Source: Eubacterium sp. CAG:841
GTDB lineage: Bacteria > Bacillota > Clostridia > Oscillospirales > CAG-272
Length of the DNA stretch: 64,000 bases
Reading direction: 5' to 3'
Assembly (NCBI GenBank): GCA_000437375.1
Contig: FR898237.1
Span: 7-64,006 of the forward strand
In this document: positions 27,457 to 37,664 of the stretch, piece after piece
Numbering within the stretch: the stretch's first letter is position 1
How the letters are laid out: the number at the start of each line of letters is the position of its first letter
Translations under genes and position numbers: made by a program
The notes under the pieces: model-generated
What the model saw: only the letters and a program-made list of their open reading frames with translations
What the model was told of the DNA's origin: nothing
Database searches by the model: none

Positions 27457-28323
27457 ATGGCAAAACCAAAGCTGACGGGGCTCGGCAGAGGACTTGACGC
27501 CATTCTTGTTGACAGCGATTACTCATCCGGTGACAGCATTTCTTCGGTGAGAATAAACGACGTTGAACCGAACAAGAATCAGCCGCGAAAGGTTTTTCAG
27601 CAGGAAGAGCTTGAAGCCCTGTCGGATTCCATAGTAAAATACGGGGTAATTTCACCGATAACGGTAAGGCAAGCAGGGGACAGATATATTATTATCGCAG
27701 GAGAAAGACGTTGGCGCGCCGCAAGAATGGCGGGGCTTTCCGAAATTCCCGTGATAATAATCAGCGCCGACGACAAAAAAGCCGCAGAAATAGCACTTGT
27801 TGAAAATATTCAGCGTTCGGACCTGAATCCTGTAGAAGAAGCTCAGGCATATGCCGCGCTTATAGAACAGTACGGGCTTACGCAGGAAGAAGTAGCTGAG
27901 CAGATAGGGAAGAGCCGAAGCTCCGTAACAAATGCGCTCAGACTTCTCGACCTTCCGGACGTGGCGCTTGCATTGCTTGCGGCAGGGAAGCTTTCCGCAG
28001 GTCACGCAAAAGTCCTTTTGGGATTAAAGGACGCAAAAAAGCTTGCAGAAGCCGCGCAAAAGGTCGCCGACAGCGAGCTTTCCGTAAGAGAAACGGAAAA
28101 GCTGGTAAAACAGCTTTGCGCTCAGCCGAAGCCCGAAAAGGAGCTTCCTCCGATAGATTACACAAGAGCGCTTGAAACGGCGATACAGGATAAAATCGGC
28201 AGAACAGTAAAAATCAAACAAAACGGCGCAAAAAGCAGTATAACGATAGGCTTTTCTGACAACAATGACCTTGAAACAGTACTTCGTCTGCTTTGCGGCG
28301 ATGATTTTGTAAATTCTCTTTAA
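27457..28323 (+). CDS. spo0J: Chromosome-partitioning protein ParB/Spo0J
   Basis: GLGRGLDAIL, an intact GERRWRAARMAGL box, and the HTH segment LTQEEVAEQIGKSRSSVTNALRLL. Confidence 0.93.
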   Translation: MAKPKLTGLGRGLDAILVDSDYSSGDSISSVRINDVEPNKNQPRKVFQQEELEALSDSIVKYGVISPITVRQAGDRYIIIAGERRWRAARMAGLSEIPVIIISADDKKAAEIALVENIQRSDLNPVEEAQAYAALIEQYGLTQEEVAEQIGKSRSSVTNALRLLDLPDVALALLAAGKLSAGHAKVLLGLKDAKKLAEAAQKVADSELSVRETEKLVKQLCAQPKPEKELPPIDYTRALETAIQDKIGRTVKIKQNGAKSSITIGFSDNNDLETVLRLLCGDDFVNSL

Positions 28324-28326
28324 GAT

Positions 28327-28515
28327 ATGACACAGCCCAAACCTTATTTTATGAAGAACCCGAAATGGTACAAATTCGACGATAAAAAGTGGAAATATGG
28401 TATTGACGGCAGAAGCGCCGCCGAAAGCGCGCAAATCATACAAGAAATTCTACGAAGAATCCGAGATAATGTGGAGAGAATAAATATAAACCAATCAAAG
28501 AAAGGATATAAATAA
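28327..28515 (+). CDS. Small hypothetical protein (62 aa)
   Basis: ATG 3 nt after the spo0J stop, and its stop is 1 nt before the serS ATG. Lys/Trp-rich N-terminus (NPKWYKFDDKKWKY). No family assigned. Confidence 0.5.
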   Translation: MTQPKPYFMKNPKWYKFDDKKWKYGIDGRSAAESAQIIQEILRRIRDNVERININQSKKGYK

Positions 28516-28516
28516 A

Positions 28517-29797
28517 ATGCTTGACATAAAACTTATAAAGGAAAACCCGCAAAGCGTTATAGATCGCCTTCGCGCAAAAGGCAAAGAGGCTGAAGCGGAC
28601 ATCTGCCGCGTTATAGAGCTTGACGCAAAACGCCGCGAGCTTATCGCGTCCAGCGAATCGCTCAAAGCCGAGCAGAACAAGACCACAAAGCTTGTTCCCA
28701 TCTACAAAAAAGAGGGAAAAGACTGCGCGCCCATCTTTGCGCAGATGAAAGAACTCGGCGCAAAGGTCAAGGAGCAGGAAGAAGAACTCAAACAGGTTGA
28801 AACCGAATATAATTCTATTATGCTTTCATTCCCGAATCTGCCCGATCCCGACGTTGTTCCCGGCGGAAAAGAAAACAATCAGCCCCTTTATTACTTCGGC
28901 GAGCCGAGAAAATTCGACTTTGAGCCGAAAAATCACGTCGATCTTTGCACAAATCTCGGACTTATCGACTATCCGCGCGGCGTAAAGCTCTCCGGAAACG
29001 GCTTCTGGATCTATCGCGGAATGGGCGCAAGACTTGAATGGGCGCTACTTAACTATTTTATCGACACACATCTCAGCAACGGCTTTGAGCTTGTTCTTGT
29101 GCCTCATATGCTCGGTTACGAATGCGGTCTTACGGCAGGTCAGTTCCCGAAGTTTGAAGACGAGGTTTATTGGCTCGACATTGCCGAGGACGAACGCCGT
29201 CGTTTCATGCTCCCCACAGCCGAAACCGCACTTGTTTCGCTCCATCGTGACGAAATTCTGAAAGAATCCGAGCTTCCCAAAAAATATATAAGCTATACAC
29301 CTTGCTTCCGCAGAGAAGCAGGCAGCTATCGTGCAGACGAACGCGGAATGGTTCGCGGACATCAGTTCAACAAGGTTGAAATGGTTCAGTACACGCTTCC
29401 CGAAGACAGCGACAGAGCCTTTGAAGAGCTTGTATCCTGCGCAGAAGGCCTTGTAAAGGGACTCGGCTTCCACTTCCGTACAGTAAAGCTTGCGGCAGGA
29501 GACTGCTCCGCATCTATGGCGCGCACATATGATATAGAAATTCAGATACCTTCAATGAACGGCTACAAAGAAGTAAGCTCTGTTTCAAATGCACGTGACT
29601 ATCAGGCTCGTCGCGGAGCTATCCGTTTCAAACGCGAGGACAGCGGCAAGATAGAATTCTGCCATACTCTCAACGGTTCGGGACTTGCGACAAGCCGCAT
29701 ACTTCCCGCGCTTGTTGAACAGAACCAAAACGCCGACGGCAGCGTAACCGTTCCCGAAGTACTCCGCAAGTATGTGGGAACAGACAGAATAGGCTGA
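28517..29797 (+). CDS. serS: Serine--tRNA ligase
   Basis: N-terminal coiled-coil arm followed by a class II core (FRREAGS, GHQFNKVE, TLNGSGLATSR). Confidence 0.95.
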   Translation: MLDIKLIKENPQSVIDRLRAKGKEAEADICRVIELDAKRRELIASSESLKAEQNKTTKLVPIYKKEGKDCAPIFAQMKELGAKVKEQEEELKQVETEYNSIMLSFPNLPDPDVVPGGKENNQPLYYFGEPRKFDFEPKNHVDLCTNLGLIDYPRGVKLSGNGFWIYRGMGARLEWALLNYFIDTHLSNGFELVLVPHMLGYECGLTAGQFPKFEDEVYWLDIAEDERRRFMLPTAETALVSLHRDEILKESELPKKYISYTPCFRREAGSYRADERGMVRGHQFNKVEMVQYTLPEDSDRAFEELVSCAEGLVKGLGFHFRTVKLAAGDCSASMARTYDIEIQIPSMNGYKEVSSVSNARDYQARRGAIRFKREDSGKIEFCHTLNGSGLATSRILPALVEQNQNADGSVTVPEVLRKYVGTDRIG

Positions 29798-29798
29798 T

Positions 29799-30290
29799 AT
29801 GAACGGTTTTTTAAGATTATTTGACTCGGTAAGAACATCCGGCGACGGAAAGCTCACCTTTCAGTTCGTTTTATGGACGCTCATCTTCGGGGTTATAATA
29901 TCGTGGATAATTATTTTCTACAACAAGAAAATAATAGGCGCATTCGTCCGCGCGATAATATCGTCGGGCGCAACCTCAGAAGAAACGGCAAAAACCTTAG
30001 CCGAAATAGAGCAGGATTATAACGTCAGTGCGATCTCGCACTATAAGCGTTCCGCGGCGCTGCAAAGAATTATATTCATCGCGGGTGCGCAGGAAGCTCC
30101 GAAGGGAAGCAGCAAAAAGAAATCGGCGGTAACGGTTAACGAAAACACGCGCTTCTATATTCCGGAGGAGATGCTTTTCCGTGCGGAAAAACAGTACAAA
30201 GAAGAAGAACACGGATTGCTTTCGATAGTGCTCGGGACAGTGGCAATAATAATTGCAGGCGTTATAATAACGTATATCTCACTTAACTGA
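29799..30290 (+). CDS. Hypothetical membrane protein
   Basis: ATG 1 nt after the serS stop. One N-terminal and one C-terminal TM segment. No family recognised. Confidence 0.5.
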   Translation: MNGFLRLFDSVRTSGDGKLTFQFVLWTLIFGVIISWIIIFYNKKIIGAFVRAIISSGATSEETAKTLAEIEQDYNVSAISHYKRSAALQRIIFIAGAQEAPKGSSKKKSAVTVNENTRFYIPEEMLFRAEKQYKEEEHGLLSIVLGTVAIIIAGVIITYISLN

Positions 30291-30298
30291 AAATCAGC

Positions 30299-30337
30299 GT
30301 GTATCTTCTCTGCAAAAGCGGAGAAGATACACTTTTT
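30299..30337 (+). terminator. Rho-independent terminator
   Basis: GTGTATCTTCTC-tgcaaaagcg-GAGAAGATACAC followed by TTTTT. Confidence 0.8.
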
Positions 30338-30390
30338 CCCGCATCACAGACACAAAACACCGAAAAAAGACGGTTTTTTTCACGAAAACC

Positions 30391-30418
30391 TTGAATTGTG
30401 GGATTTTTGTGGTATACT
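30391..30418 (+). promoter_or_regulatory. SigmaA promoter of pheST leader
   Basis: TTGAAT (30391-30396), 16 nt ending in TGg, TATACT (30413-30418). Confidence 0.55.
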
Positions 30419-30424
30419 GATAGA

Positions 30425-30690
30425 GTAAACACCATTATAAAAGGCTGTGATGAAGCGGCTTTTTGCGTATAAACGGTTACAGAGAGCGTCCGACGAGGCT
30501 GAAAGCGGCGCACCGCGACGCAGATCTGCCTTTCGCTTCGGAGCTTTTTCCGTGAAATAAAAAGTAGCGGAAAACGGTTTGTCTCCGTTAACGGACTTAT
30601 AAAGCGTCCGCCCGGAAGGCGGAAATCGTGGGTGGTACCGCGGAGCTGTTGCTTCGTCCCTTTCTTGTGGGGCGGAGCTTATTTTTTTGC
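30425..30690 (+). promoter_or_regulatory. T-box riboswitch leader (Phe-specific by context)
   Basis: GA/K-turn-like TGATGAAG (about 30447-30454). AGAGAG box (30481-30486). T-box sequence AAATCGTGGGTGGTACCGCGG (30623-30643). Terminator helix GCTTCGTCCC/GGGGCGGAGC with a T-run at 30682-30688. Candidate UUC specifier at 30532-30534 or 30537-30539. Confidence 0.85.
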
Positions 30691-30720
30691 AAACGTAAAT
30701 ATTTTGAAAGGACTTTTTAT

Positions 30721-31731
30721 ATGAAAGAACTACTTGAAAAAATCAGGCAGGACGCGCTTTCTGCGCTTAACGGCGACGAAAGCTCGGAATCTATCCGAAT
30801 TCGTTTTCTCGGTAAAAAGGGCGAGCTTACCTCCGTGCTTCGCGGAATGGGTGCCGTCGCTCCCGAAGAAAGACCGAAAATGGGTCAGCTTGTAAACGAA
30901 GTAAGAGAGAAGATTGAAGCGGCGATCGCCGAAAAGGCAGAACGCGAAAAGAAATCGGCACTCGAAGCCAAACTTAAATCAGAAAAAATCGACGTAACCA
31001 TTCCCGGCGACGACCTTTCAACGGGAAAGCGTCATCCGCTGGCGCAGACAGAAGCGCTTATACGCGAAATATTCATAGGAATGGGCTTTTCGGTTGTCGA
31101 AGGTCCCGAGGTGGAATACGACTATTACAACTTTGAAGCACTCAACCTCCCCAAAAACCATCCGGCACGCGATACACAGGATACATTCTATATAACGGAC
31201 AACATTCTGCTCCGTTCACAGACATCTCCCGTTCAGGTAAGAACAATGGAAAATACAAAGCCTCCGATAAGAGTCATCTCTCCCGGAAGAGTTTATCGTG
31301 CCGACCCTGCCGACGCAACTCACTCACCTATATTCCATCAGTGCGAGGGACTTGTCGTTGACAAGGGAATCACCATGGGCGATCTTAAAGGCGTGCTTGA
31401 GCTTTTTGCAAAGAAAATGTTCGGCGAGGACACAAAAATACGTTTCCGTCCTCATCATTTCCCGTTCACGGAGCCTTCCGCAGAAGTTGACGTCTCCTGT
31501 TGGGAATGCGGCGGCAAAGGATGCCGTCTCTGCAAGGGCGAAGGCTGGATAGAAATTCTCGGCGCGGGAATGGTTCACCCGTTCGTACTTTCAAACTGCG
31601 GCATAGACCCCGAAGTTTACTCCGGATTCGCTTTCGGAATGGGCATTGAAAGAGTTGCTCTTTGCCGACTCGGTATAGACGATATGCGAATGCTCTACGA
31701 AAATGACGTGAGATTCCTTTCTCAATTCTGA
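30721..31731 (+). CDS. pheS: Phenylalanine--tRNA ligase alpha subunit
   Basis: Trimmed to the ATG at 30721 ([13 protein letters not shown]...). [11 protein letters not shown] and [14 protein letters not shown] motifs. Confidence 0.95.
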   Translation: MKELLEKIRQDALSALNGDESSESIRIRFLGKKGELTSVLRGMGAVAPEERPKMGQLVNEVREKIEAAIAEKAEREKKSALEAKLKSEKIDVTIPGDDLSTGKRHPLAQTEALIREIFIGMGFSVVEGPEVEYDYYNFEALNLPKNHPARDTQDTFYITDNILLRSQTSPVQVRTMENTKPPIRVISPGRVYRADPADATHSPIFHQCEGLVVDKGITMGDLKGVLELFAKKMFGEDTKIRFRPHHFPFTEPSAEVDVSCWECGGKGCRLCKGEGWIEILGAGMVHPFVLSNCGIDPEVYSGFAFGMGIERVALCRLGIDDMRMLYENDVRFLSQF

Positions 31732-31747
31732 TAAGGAGGATTAACAG

Positions 31748-34177
31748 ATGATACTTTCACTCAATTGGCTTCGCGATTTCATCGACGTAAGCGATATAGA
31801 CATAAAAACCTTCTGCGAGGATATGACGGTTTCTGGCTCAAAGGTGGAAACCTATGAAGAACTCGGAAAAGAAATCGAAAACGTCCGCGTCGGACTTATA
31901 ACGAAAATCGAACAGCACCCCGACGCCGAAAGACTCGTTATCTGCCAGGTAGACTTCGGAGACAGAAGCCTTCAGATAGTAACAGCGGCAAAGAACGTGT
32001 TCGAAGGCGCACTCGTTCCCGTTGCCGTTTCTCCCGCAGGAGAAAAAGTTGTTGCAAAGCTTGCACACGGCGTGGAAATAAAGACGGGCAAGCTTCGCGG
32101 CGCGGTAAGCGAAGGAATGTTCTGCTCGATAGAAGAACTCGGACTCGATCTTCACGATATGCCCGGCGCTCCGACAGACGGAATTCTTATTCTCAACGAT
32201 AATTATCCCTGCAAGCCCGGCGACGATATAAACGACGTTCTCCGACTGAACGATACGGCAGTCGAATTTGAAATAACACCCAACCGTCCCGACTGTCTTT
32301 CCGTAATAGGTCTGGCAAGGGAAGCTGCTGCAACCTTCAAGCGCCAGGCAAACATTCCCGCTCCGAAGGTAAAAGGCTCGGACGGCGATGTCCGCGACTA
32401 TGTAAGTGTGTCCGTGGACAGCAAAAAATGCTCACGTTATTGTGCAAGAGTCGTTAAAAACGTAAAAATAGCTCCCTCACCGCTGTGGCTTCGTATGCGT
32501 CTGCGTGCGGCAGGCGTAAGACCGATAAACAACATCGTAGATATCACAAACTACGTTATGATAGAATACGGTCAGCCGATGCACGCATTCGACTATTCCT
32601 GCCTCGATGGAAACCGGATAATTGTCCGCGAAGCGGGCGACGGAGAAATCTTCCGCACACTTGACAGCCAGGAAAGAGCACTTACGCCAGATATGCTTGT
32701 CATTGCGGACAAGGATCGCCCCGTAGGCATTGCCGGCGTTATGGGCGGCGAAAACAGTGAGATCACAGACTCTACGGCAACCGTTGTATTTGAATCCGCC
32801 TGCTTTGACGGCGCTTCTGTCCGTATTACAGCGAAAAAGCTCGGCATGAGAACAGAAAGCTCCGCCCGTTTTGAAAAAGGTCTTGACTGTGAAAACTGCA
32901 TGCCCGCTCTTCAGCGCGCCTGTGAGCTTGTCGAGCTTCTCGGCGCAGGCGAGGTTGTAGGAGGCACAATAGACGTTTATCCCGAAAAGAAACCCGTCTA
33001 CACAGTTCCTTTTGAACCCGAAAGAATAATCCGTTTTCTCGGAATATTCCTTTCTCCCGACAATATGAAGGATATCCTCCGTTCGCTTTGTTTTGAAATT
33101 GAGGACGGAAAAGTTATAGTTCCTTCCTTCCGTGACGACGTTCGTTGCATGAACGACGTAGCGGAAGAAGTAGTTCGTATTTACGGCTACAACAAAATAG
33201 CTTCAAGCTCTATCGTTGCCCAGATGACGCAGGGCGGACTTCCCAAAGACGTTAAATTCCGTGAGGGACTTTCCGATCACCTTTGCGCGCTCGGTCTCGA
33301 CGAGATATGCACGTTTACCTTTATACCTGCAAGAATTTATACAAAAGCAGGCATGGCAGAAAGCGATCCCAGAAGAAAATCGGTTGAAATATCAAACCCC
33401 TTCGGCGAAGATACAAAAACGCTCCGCACGACGTCTATCCCTTCGATACTCGAAACGCTTGAGCTTAACTACAACAGATCAAATCCTTCGGCTTCTCTCT
33501 TTGAAATGGCTAAGGTATTCATCCCCAGAGAGGGAATAGTGACAAACATTCACGGCCTTGAAGGTACTCTTCCCGACGAAAGAATCAAGGTTACGGTAGG
33601 ATTTTACGGCACAGGCTCGTTCTCCCGCATAAAGGGAATTTGCGAAGAAATCCTCCGCTATGCGGGAATCGACAACGCAAAATACGTTGCCGTATCGACA
33701 GATCCCACATTCCATCCCGGTCGCTGTGCAAGCATCGTCCTTTCTGACGGAACAAACCTCGGTATATTCGGCGAAATTCATCCCGTAACGCTTGAAAATT
33801 ATACTTTCTCGTGTCCTGTTTATGTTGCGGAGCTTGATCTCGGCTATATTTGGGAGCATGCAAATCTTGAAAAGAGCTACACGCCTCTTCCCAAGTTTCC
33901 GGCTGTCAGCCGCGACTTCTCGCTCGTATGTGACGAAGATGTTGAAGTCGGCACGCTTGAAGAAGCAATGTCCTCCTGCGGCGTAAAGATTCTCGAAAGC
34001 ATTACGCTTTTCGACGTTTACAGAGGAAGTCAGCTTCCCGAAGGCAAAAAGAGCGTAAGCTTCTCCGTAATGCTTCGTGCTGCCGACCACACGCTCACGG
34101 TTGACGAAGCCGACAAAGCCACAAAGAAGATACTCGGTGCGCTCGAACACAAGCTCGGCGTAACGATCCGTTCGTAA
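31748..34177 (+). CDS. pheT: Phenylalanine--tRNA ligase beta subunit
   Basis: MILSLNWLRDFIDV..., tRNA-binding, B3/4, B5 and FDX-ACB-type C-terminal regions. 809 aa. Confidence 0.95.
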   Translation: MILSLNWLRDFIDVSDIDIKTFCEDMTVSGSKVETYEELGKEIENVRVGLITKIEQHPDAERLVICQVDFGDRSLQIVTAAKNVFEGALVPVAVSPAGEKVVAKLAHGVEIKTGKLRGAVSEGMFCSIEELGLDLHDMPGAPTDGILILNDNYPCKPGDDINDVLRLNDTAVEFEITPNRPDCLSVIGLAREAAATFKRQANIPAPKVKGSDGDVRDYVSVSVDSKKCSRYCARVVKNVKIAPSPLWLRMRLRAAGVRPINNIVDITNYVMIEYGQPMHAFDYSCLDGNRIIVREAGDGEIFRTLDSQERALTPDMLVIADKDRPVGIAGVMGGENSEITDSTATVVFESACFDGASVRITAKKLGMRTESSARFEKGLDCENCMPALQRACELVELLGAGEVVGGTIDVYPEKKPVYTVPFEPERIIRFLGIFLSPDNMKDILRSLCFEIEDGKVIVPSFRDDVRCMNDVAEEVVRIYGYNKIASSSIVAQMTQGGLPKDVKFREGLSDHLCALGLDEICTFTFIPARIYTKAGMAESDPRRKSVEISNPFGEDTKTLRTTSIPSILETLELNYNRSNPSASLFEMAKVFIPREGIVTNIHGLEGTLPDERIKVTVGFYGTGSFSRIKGICEEILRYAGIDNAKYVAVSTDPTFHPGRCASIVLSDGTNLGIFGEIHPVTLENYTFSCPVYVAELDLGYIWEHANLEKSYTPLPKFPAVSRDFSLVCDEDVEVGTLEEAMSSCGVKILESITLFDVYRGSQLPEGKKSVSFSVMLRAADHTLTVDEADKATKKILGALEHKLGVTIRS

Positions 34178-34193
34178 AAGGGAGGATATTGCA

Positions 34194-34748
34194 ATGTATT
34201 ATGAAATAGAAATTGCGGGACTTCGCCGCAAGCTTCCGCTTTGTCGTGTAAACGACTCGCTTTATATCGGTGCTTTTATAATGTTCGGCGATGTTGAAAT
34301 AACAAAAGCCGCTGCAACCGAATTGCTTAAGCTCGCACCCGAGCATGATATAATGATAACCGCCGAAAGCAAGGGAATTCCGCTTGTTTATGAAATGGCT
34401 CGTCAGTCAAATGCCGATAACTACCTTCTTGCGAGAAAAACTCCCAAACTTTATATGCGCGACATCTTCTCGACAGAAGTAAAATCAATAACTCATGCCA
34501 CATCTCAGACTCTCTACCTCGACGGCGAGGACGCTGCGGCTATGAAAGGCAAAAGAGTTCTTATTGTTGACGACGTTGTAAGCACAGGTGAATCGCTTCG
34601 TGCGCTCGAAGAGCTTGTTACCAAAGCCGGTGGAAACATTGTAGGAAAGCTTTGCGTTCTTGCCGAAGGCGACGCAGCAAAGCGCGACGATATCAAATAT
34701 CTTCAGGTTCTCCCCGTTTTCAATGCAGACGGAACAATAATAGAATAA
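34194..34748 (+). CDS. Phosphoribosyltransferase-family protein (adenine/purine PRT-like)
   Basis: PRPP-binding loop VLIVDDVVSTGES. 184 aa. Confidence 0.6.
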   Translation: MYYEIEIAGLRRKLPLCRVNDSLYIGAFIMFGDVEITKAAATELLKLAPEHDIMITAESKGIPLVYEMARQSNADNYLLARKTPKLYMRDIFSTEVKSITHATSQTLYLDGEDAAAMKGKRVLIVDDVVSTGESLRALEELVTKAGGNIVGKLCVLAEGDAAKRDDIKYLQVLPVFNADGTIIE

Positions 34749-34753
34749 ATATA

Positions 34754-34781
34754 AAAAGCCGCCTTTCGGGGCGGCTTTTTG
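34754..34781 (+). terminator. Rho-independent terminator
   Basis: AAAAGCCGCC-tttcgg-GGCGGCTTTTT. Confidence 0.8.
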
Positions 34782-34876
34782 AAGTGAAAATTAAAAATTT
34801 AATAATTTTATATCGAAAAACACGGAAACATATGATATAATAATAAAAAACGAATTTATAGGGAAGGAGAACCTCT

Positions 34877-36265
34877 ATGAACGCAGAAATATATAATTAT
34901 GTAGACGCCAATCTTACGAAAATGATAGGCACCCTTTCAGAGCTTGTGGCAATTCCGAGCGTAAAGGGCAAAGCCGTACCCGGAAAACCCTATGGCGAAG
35001 AATGTGCAAAAGTACTTGATAAAATGCTTGGTATTGCGTCGTCGTTTGGGTTCAGAACCGAAAATCATAAAAACAGAGTCGGCACGATAGATTTTTATCC
35101 GGACGGCGAGCCTTCGCTGGGAATACTTTGTCATCTTGACGTTGTTCCTGCCGGCGACGGCTGGAAAACTCCCCCGTTTTCAATGTTTATGTCGGGCGGT
35201 AAGCTTTACGGCAGAGGTACGATGGATGATAAAGGTCCTGCGGTTTGTGTGCTTTATGCAATGAAAGCCATAAAAGACTGCGGAATAAAGCTTTCCAAGA
35301 ACGTGCGTTTTATTGTCGGCACCGATGAAGAGAACGGATCATCGGATCTTGCATGGTATAAAAAGCAGGCAAAACTTCCTCCGAATGTATTCACTCCGGA
35401 CGGCAGTTATCCCGTTATAAACATAGAAAAAGGTATGATACGCGGCGAAATATCCGCAAAATGTGCTGTCGGAGGAACAAAATCGGTAATTTCAGCCACA
35501 GGCGGCACTGTTATAAATGCCGTTCCGGAAAGTGCTTCTGCCACAGTTGTCGGATTTTCGGATATTGAACTTACTCTTGCGGCTAAAAACGCAGGGATAG
35601 GTCAGCTTGTTACATTCAAAAAGGATGGCGACAAAACCGTAATAACCGTAAAGGGGAAGAGCGCTCACGCCTCAACTCCGGCAGAGGGAATAAACGCGGT
35701 AACGGGACTTTGTTCAATGCTCGGCAGACTTTACGGCGACGATGAATCGACCGTCATGTTCCGCAGTCTTTCCGCGCTTTTCCCGTTCGGCGAAACGGAC
35801 GGAAAGTCGCTCAAAATTGCTGCATCCGATGAAAAATCCGGCGCACTTACGGAAGTTTTGAGTATTCTTTCATACTCAAAAGGCACACTCACAGGCAAGT
35901 TTGACATACGTTTTCCTCTCTGTCGTTCTGTTGAAAGAGTAAAAACAGGACTTGAAAAAGCTTTCGCCGCAAAAAACATGGAGCTTTCCGATTTTTCGGG
36001 TGTTGAACCTCACGAGACATCCGCAGACTCTGAGTTTGTAAAAACCCTGAGCAAGGTTTATGAAGATGTAACCGGCGCGCGCAGCGGATGCATAGCTATC
36101 GGCGGCGGCACGTATGTTCACGATATAGAAGGTGGTGTTGCTTTCGGTGCGGAATTTCCCGGCGAGGACTGTAAAATTCATTCAGCCGGCGAATTTATTT
36201 CAGCCGAGCGCATGAAGCAAAATGCGAAAATATTTGCAGAAGCAATAATCAGACTTTGCAAATAA
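34877..36265 (+). CDS. pepV: M20-family dipeptidase PepV-like
   Basis: GILCHLDVVPAGDGW...GRGTMDDKGP..., and the size (462 aa), are typical of PepV/Sapep dipeptidases. Confidence 0.8.
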   Translation: MNAEIYNYVDANLTKMIGTLSELVAIPSVKGKAVPGKPYGEECAKVLDKMLGIASSFGFRTENHKNRVGTIDFYPDGEPSLGILCHLDVVPAGDGWKTPPFSMFMSGGKLYGRGTMDDKGPAVCVLYAMKAIKDCGIKLSKNVRFIVGTDEENGSSDLAWYKKQAKLPPNVFTPDGSYPVINIEKGMIRGEISAKCAVGGTKSVISATGGTVINAVPESASATVVGFSDIELTLAAKNAGIGQLVTFKKDGDKTVITVKGKSAHASTPAEGINAVTGLCSMLGRLYGDDESTVMFRSLSALFPFGETDGKSLKIAASDEKSGALTEVLSILSYSKGTLTGKFDIRFPLCRSVERVKTGLEKAFAAKNMELSDFSGVEPHETSADSEFVKTLSKVYEDVTGARSGCIAIGGGTYVHDIEGGVAFGAEFPGEDCKIHSAGEFISAERMKQNAKIFAEAIIRLCK

Positions 36266-36266
36266 C

Positions 36267-36397
36267 CTACTTTTCTTTAAAAAGAAAAGTAGGCAAAAGA
36301 AATTTCAATAATCAGTCTGTAAATTTTTTATTTTTTCAAAGGGGCAGGTATTCTGCTCCTTTTGATTTGTACTTTGAAAAGAAAATCAGGCAAAAAT
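36267..36397. repeat. Copy of the intergenic repeat family
   Basis: cctacttttctttaaaaagaaaagtaggcaaaagaaat..., then a second degenerate hairpin gtactttgaaaagaaaatcaggcaaaaatc. Confidence 0.7.
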
Positions 36398-36412
36398 CAA
36401 ATTAAAAAGCCG

Positions 36413-36432
36413 CCTCGAAAGGTGGCTTTTAA
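36413..36432. terminator. Bidirectional terminator between pepV and the PrsA-like gene
   Basis: AAAAGCCGCC-tcgaaa-GGTGGCTTTT. Confidence 0.7.
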
Positions 36433-36446
36433 TTTAATTTTATTTG

Positions 36447-37592
36447 TTAATCGCTGAACGAGAACGACTGTATCTCAACGTGATAAAGCTCGTCCATTTC
36501 GTCACTGAACTTATTCATAAGCTCGCCGCTTGAAAGAAGCTCCTTGCTGTAATCCGCAATAAGCTGAAGTCTTATTTCATCGAGAGAAGGATATATCGTT
36601 TCTTCCGCAACCTTATCAAGACGGAGGATCATCCATCCGAGCGGGGAAATGATGGGAGAAGCATATATTTCGCCTTCCTTTATAGTTGTCATAGCGTAGC
36701 TTTGCGTATACGCCATCGATGTTGCAAGATACTGAAGATATTTGGAATAAGCTTCCGAACTCTTATCGGCTTTTGGATCACGATCGGAATACTTTTCGTC
36801 AACCTCTTTAAGAGATTTTTCAAGATCATCTATCTTATAGACCTCATCGAAAGCTACCGTTCCTTGTCCTGTCCAATCTGCGGTCTGCTTATATCCGTTT
36901 TCTTCGTTGTATGTCTTCAGTATTTCCTCTTTTACCTTGTCAAAATCTTCGCCGGAAAGAAGTCTTTCTATATACTTTTCGGCAACAACCTTCTGCTCGC
37001 TCCATTCGGTATCATTTGAGATATCTTTTACTTCTATAAACAATGCCGTGTAAGTGTATCCCGCATTTGTTATATATTTTGAAAGGTTATCTGCGTAATA
37101 CTGGGTAAGCTCTTCGTCCGTAAAATTCTTATTCAGCACAAGATCATTTGCGATAAGCTGTTCTATAACGGCGTTTCTTGCAAACATCATCCAGAACTTC
37201 TTTGAAAGACCGGAATCTTTGAGCATTCCGTCAAAACCGCCTTTATACTGTTCGTCAAATGCTTTTTTATTGTAATCATACATATTCTGAACAGCTTCAT
37301 CGGTAACTTCAATTCCGCGTTTCTGAACTTCTATTTCTCTTATACGCTGTGCGACTATCGTTTTGATTATCAATGTTCCAAGATAGTCCTTTGTCATTTT
37401 GCCTTCTTCTACATAGCTGTAATAATATGATGTAAGATATTTTGTCCATTCCTTGACGTCTTCGTCATTTGAATAAACTTCTCCGCCGTCATACCTGGCA
37501 AGAAGCATGCCTTTCTTTTTACAGCCGCAGAAAACAAAAGCAACCATAAGAGTTGCAAGAAGAAAGCATATCAGCTTTATTGATTTTTTCAT
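36447..37592 (-). CDS. PrsA/SurA-like foldase lipoprotein (parvulin-type PPIase-like)
   Basis: Signal peptide plus Cys (…VAFVFCGC). SurA-N-like helical region. C-terminal GEIYASPIISPLGWMILRLDKV resembles the end of a parvulin domain. Confidence 0.55.
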   Translation of the reverse strand: MKKSIKLICFLLATLMVAFVFCGCKKKGMLLARYDGGEVYSNDEDVKEWTKYLTSYYYSYVEEGKMTKDYLGTLIIKTIVAQRIREIEVQKRGIEVTDEAVQNMYDYNKKAFDEQYKGGFDGMLKDSGLSKKFWMMFARNAVIEQLIANDLVLNKNFTDEELTQYYADNLSKYITNAGYTYTALFIEVKDISNDTEWSEQKVVAEKYIERLLSGEDFDKVKEEILKTYNEENGYKQTADWTGQGTVAFDEVYKIDDLEKSLKEVDEKYSDRDPKADKSSEAYSKYLQYLATSMAYTQSYAMTTIKEGEIYASPIISPLGWMILRLDKVAEETIYPSLDEIRLQLIADYSKELLSSGELMNKFSDEMDELYHVEIQSFSFSD

Positions 37593-37664
37593 ATTTCCAC
37601 CTTTTGAAGAGAAAGCCGTCCGCTTCCGGACGGCTTCCGCTACTGTTTATTTAATATGATTTTT

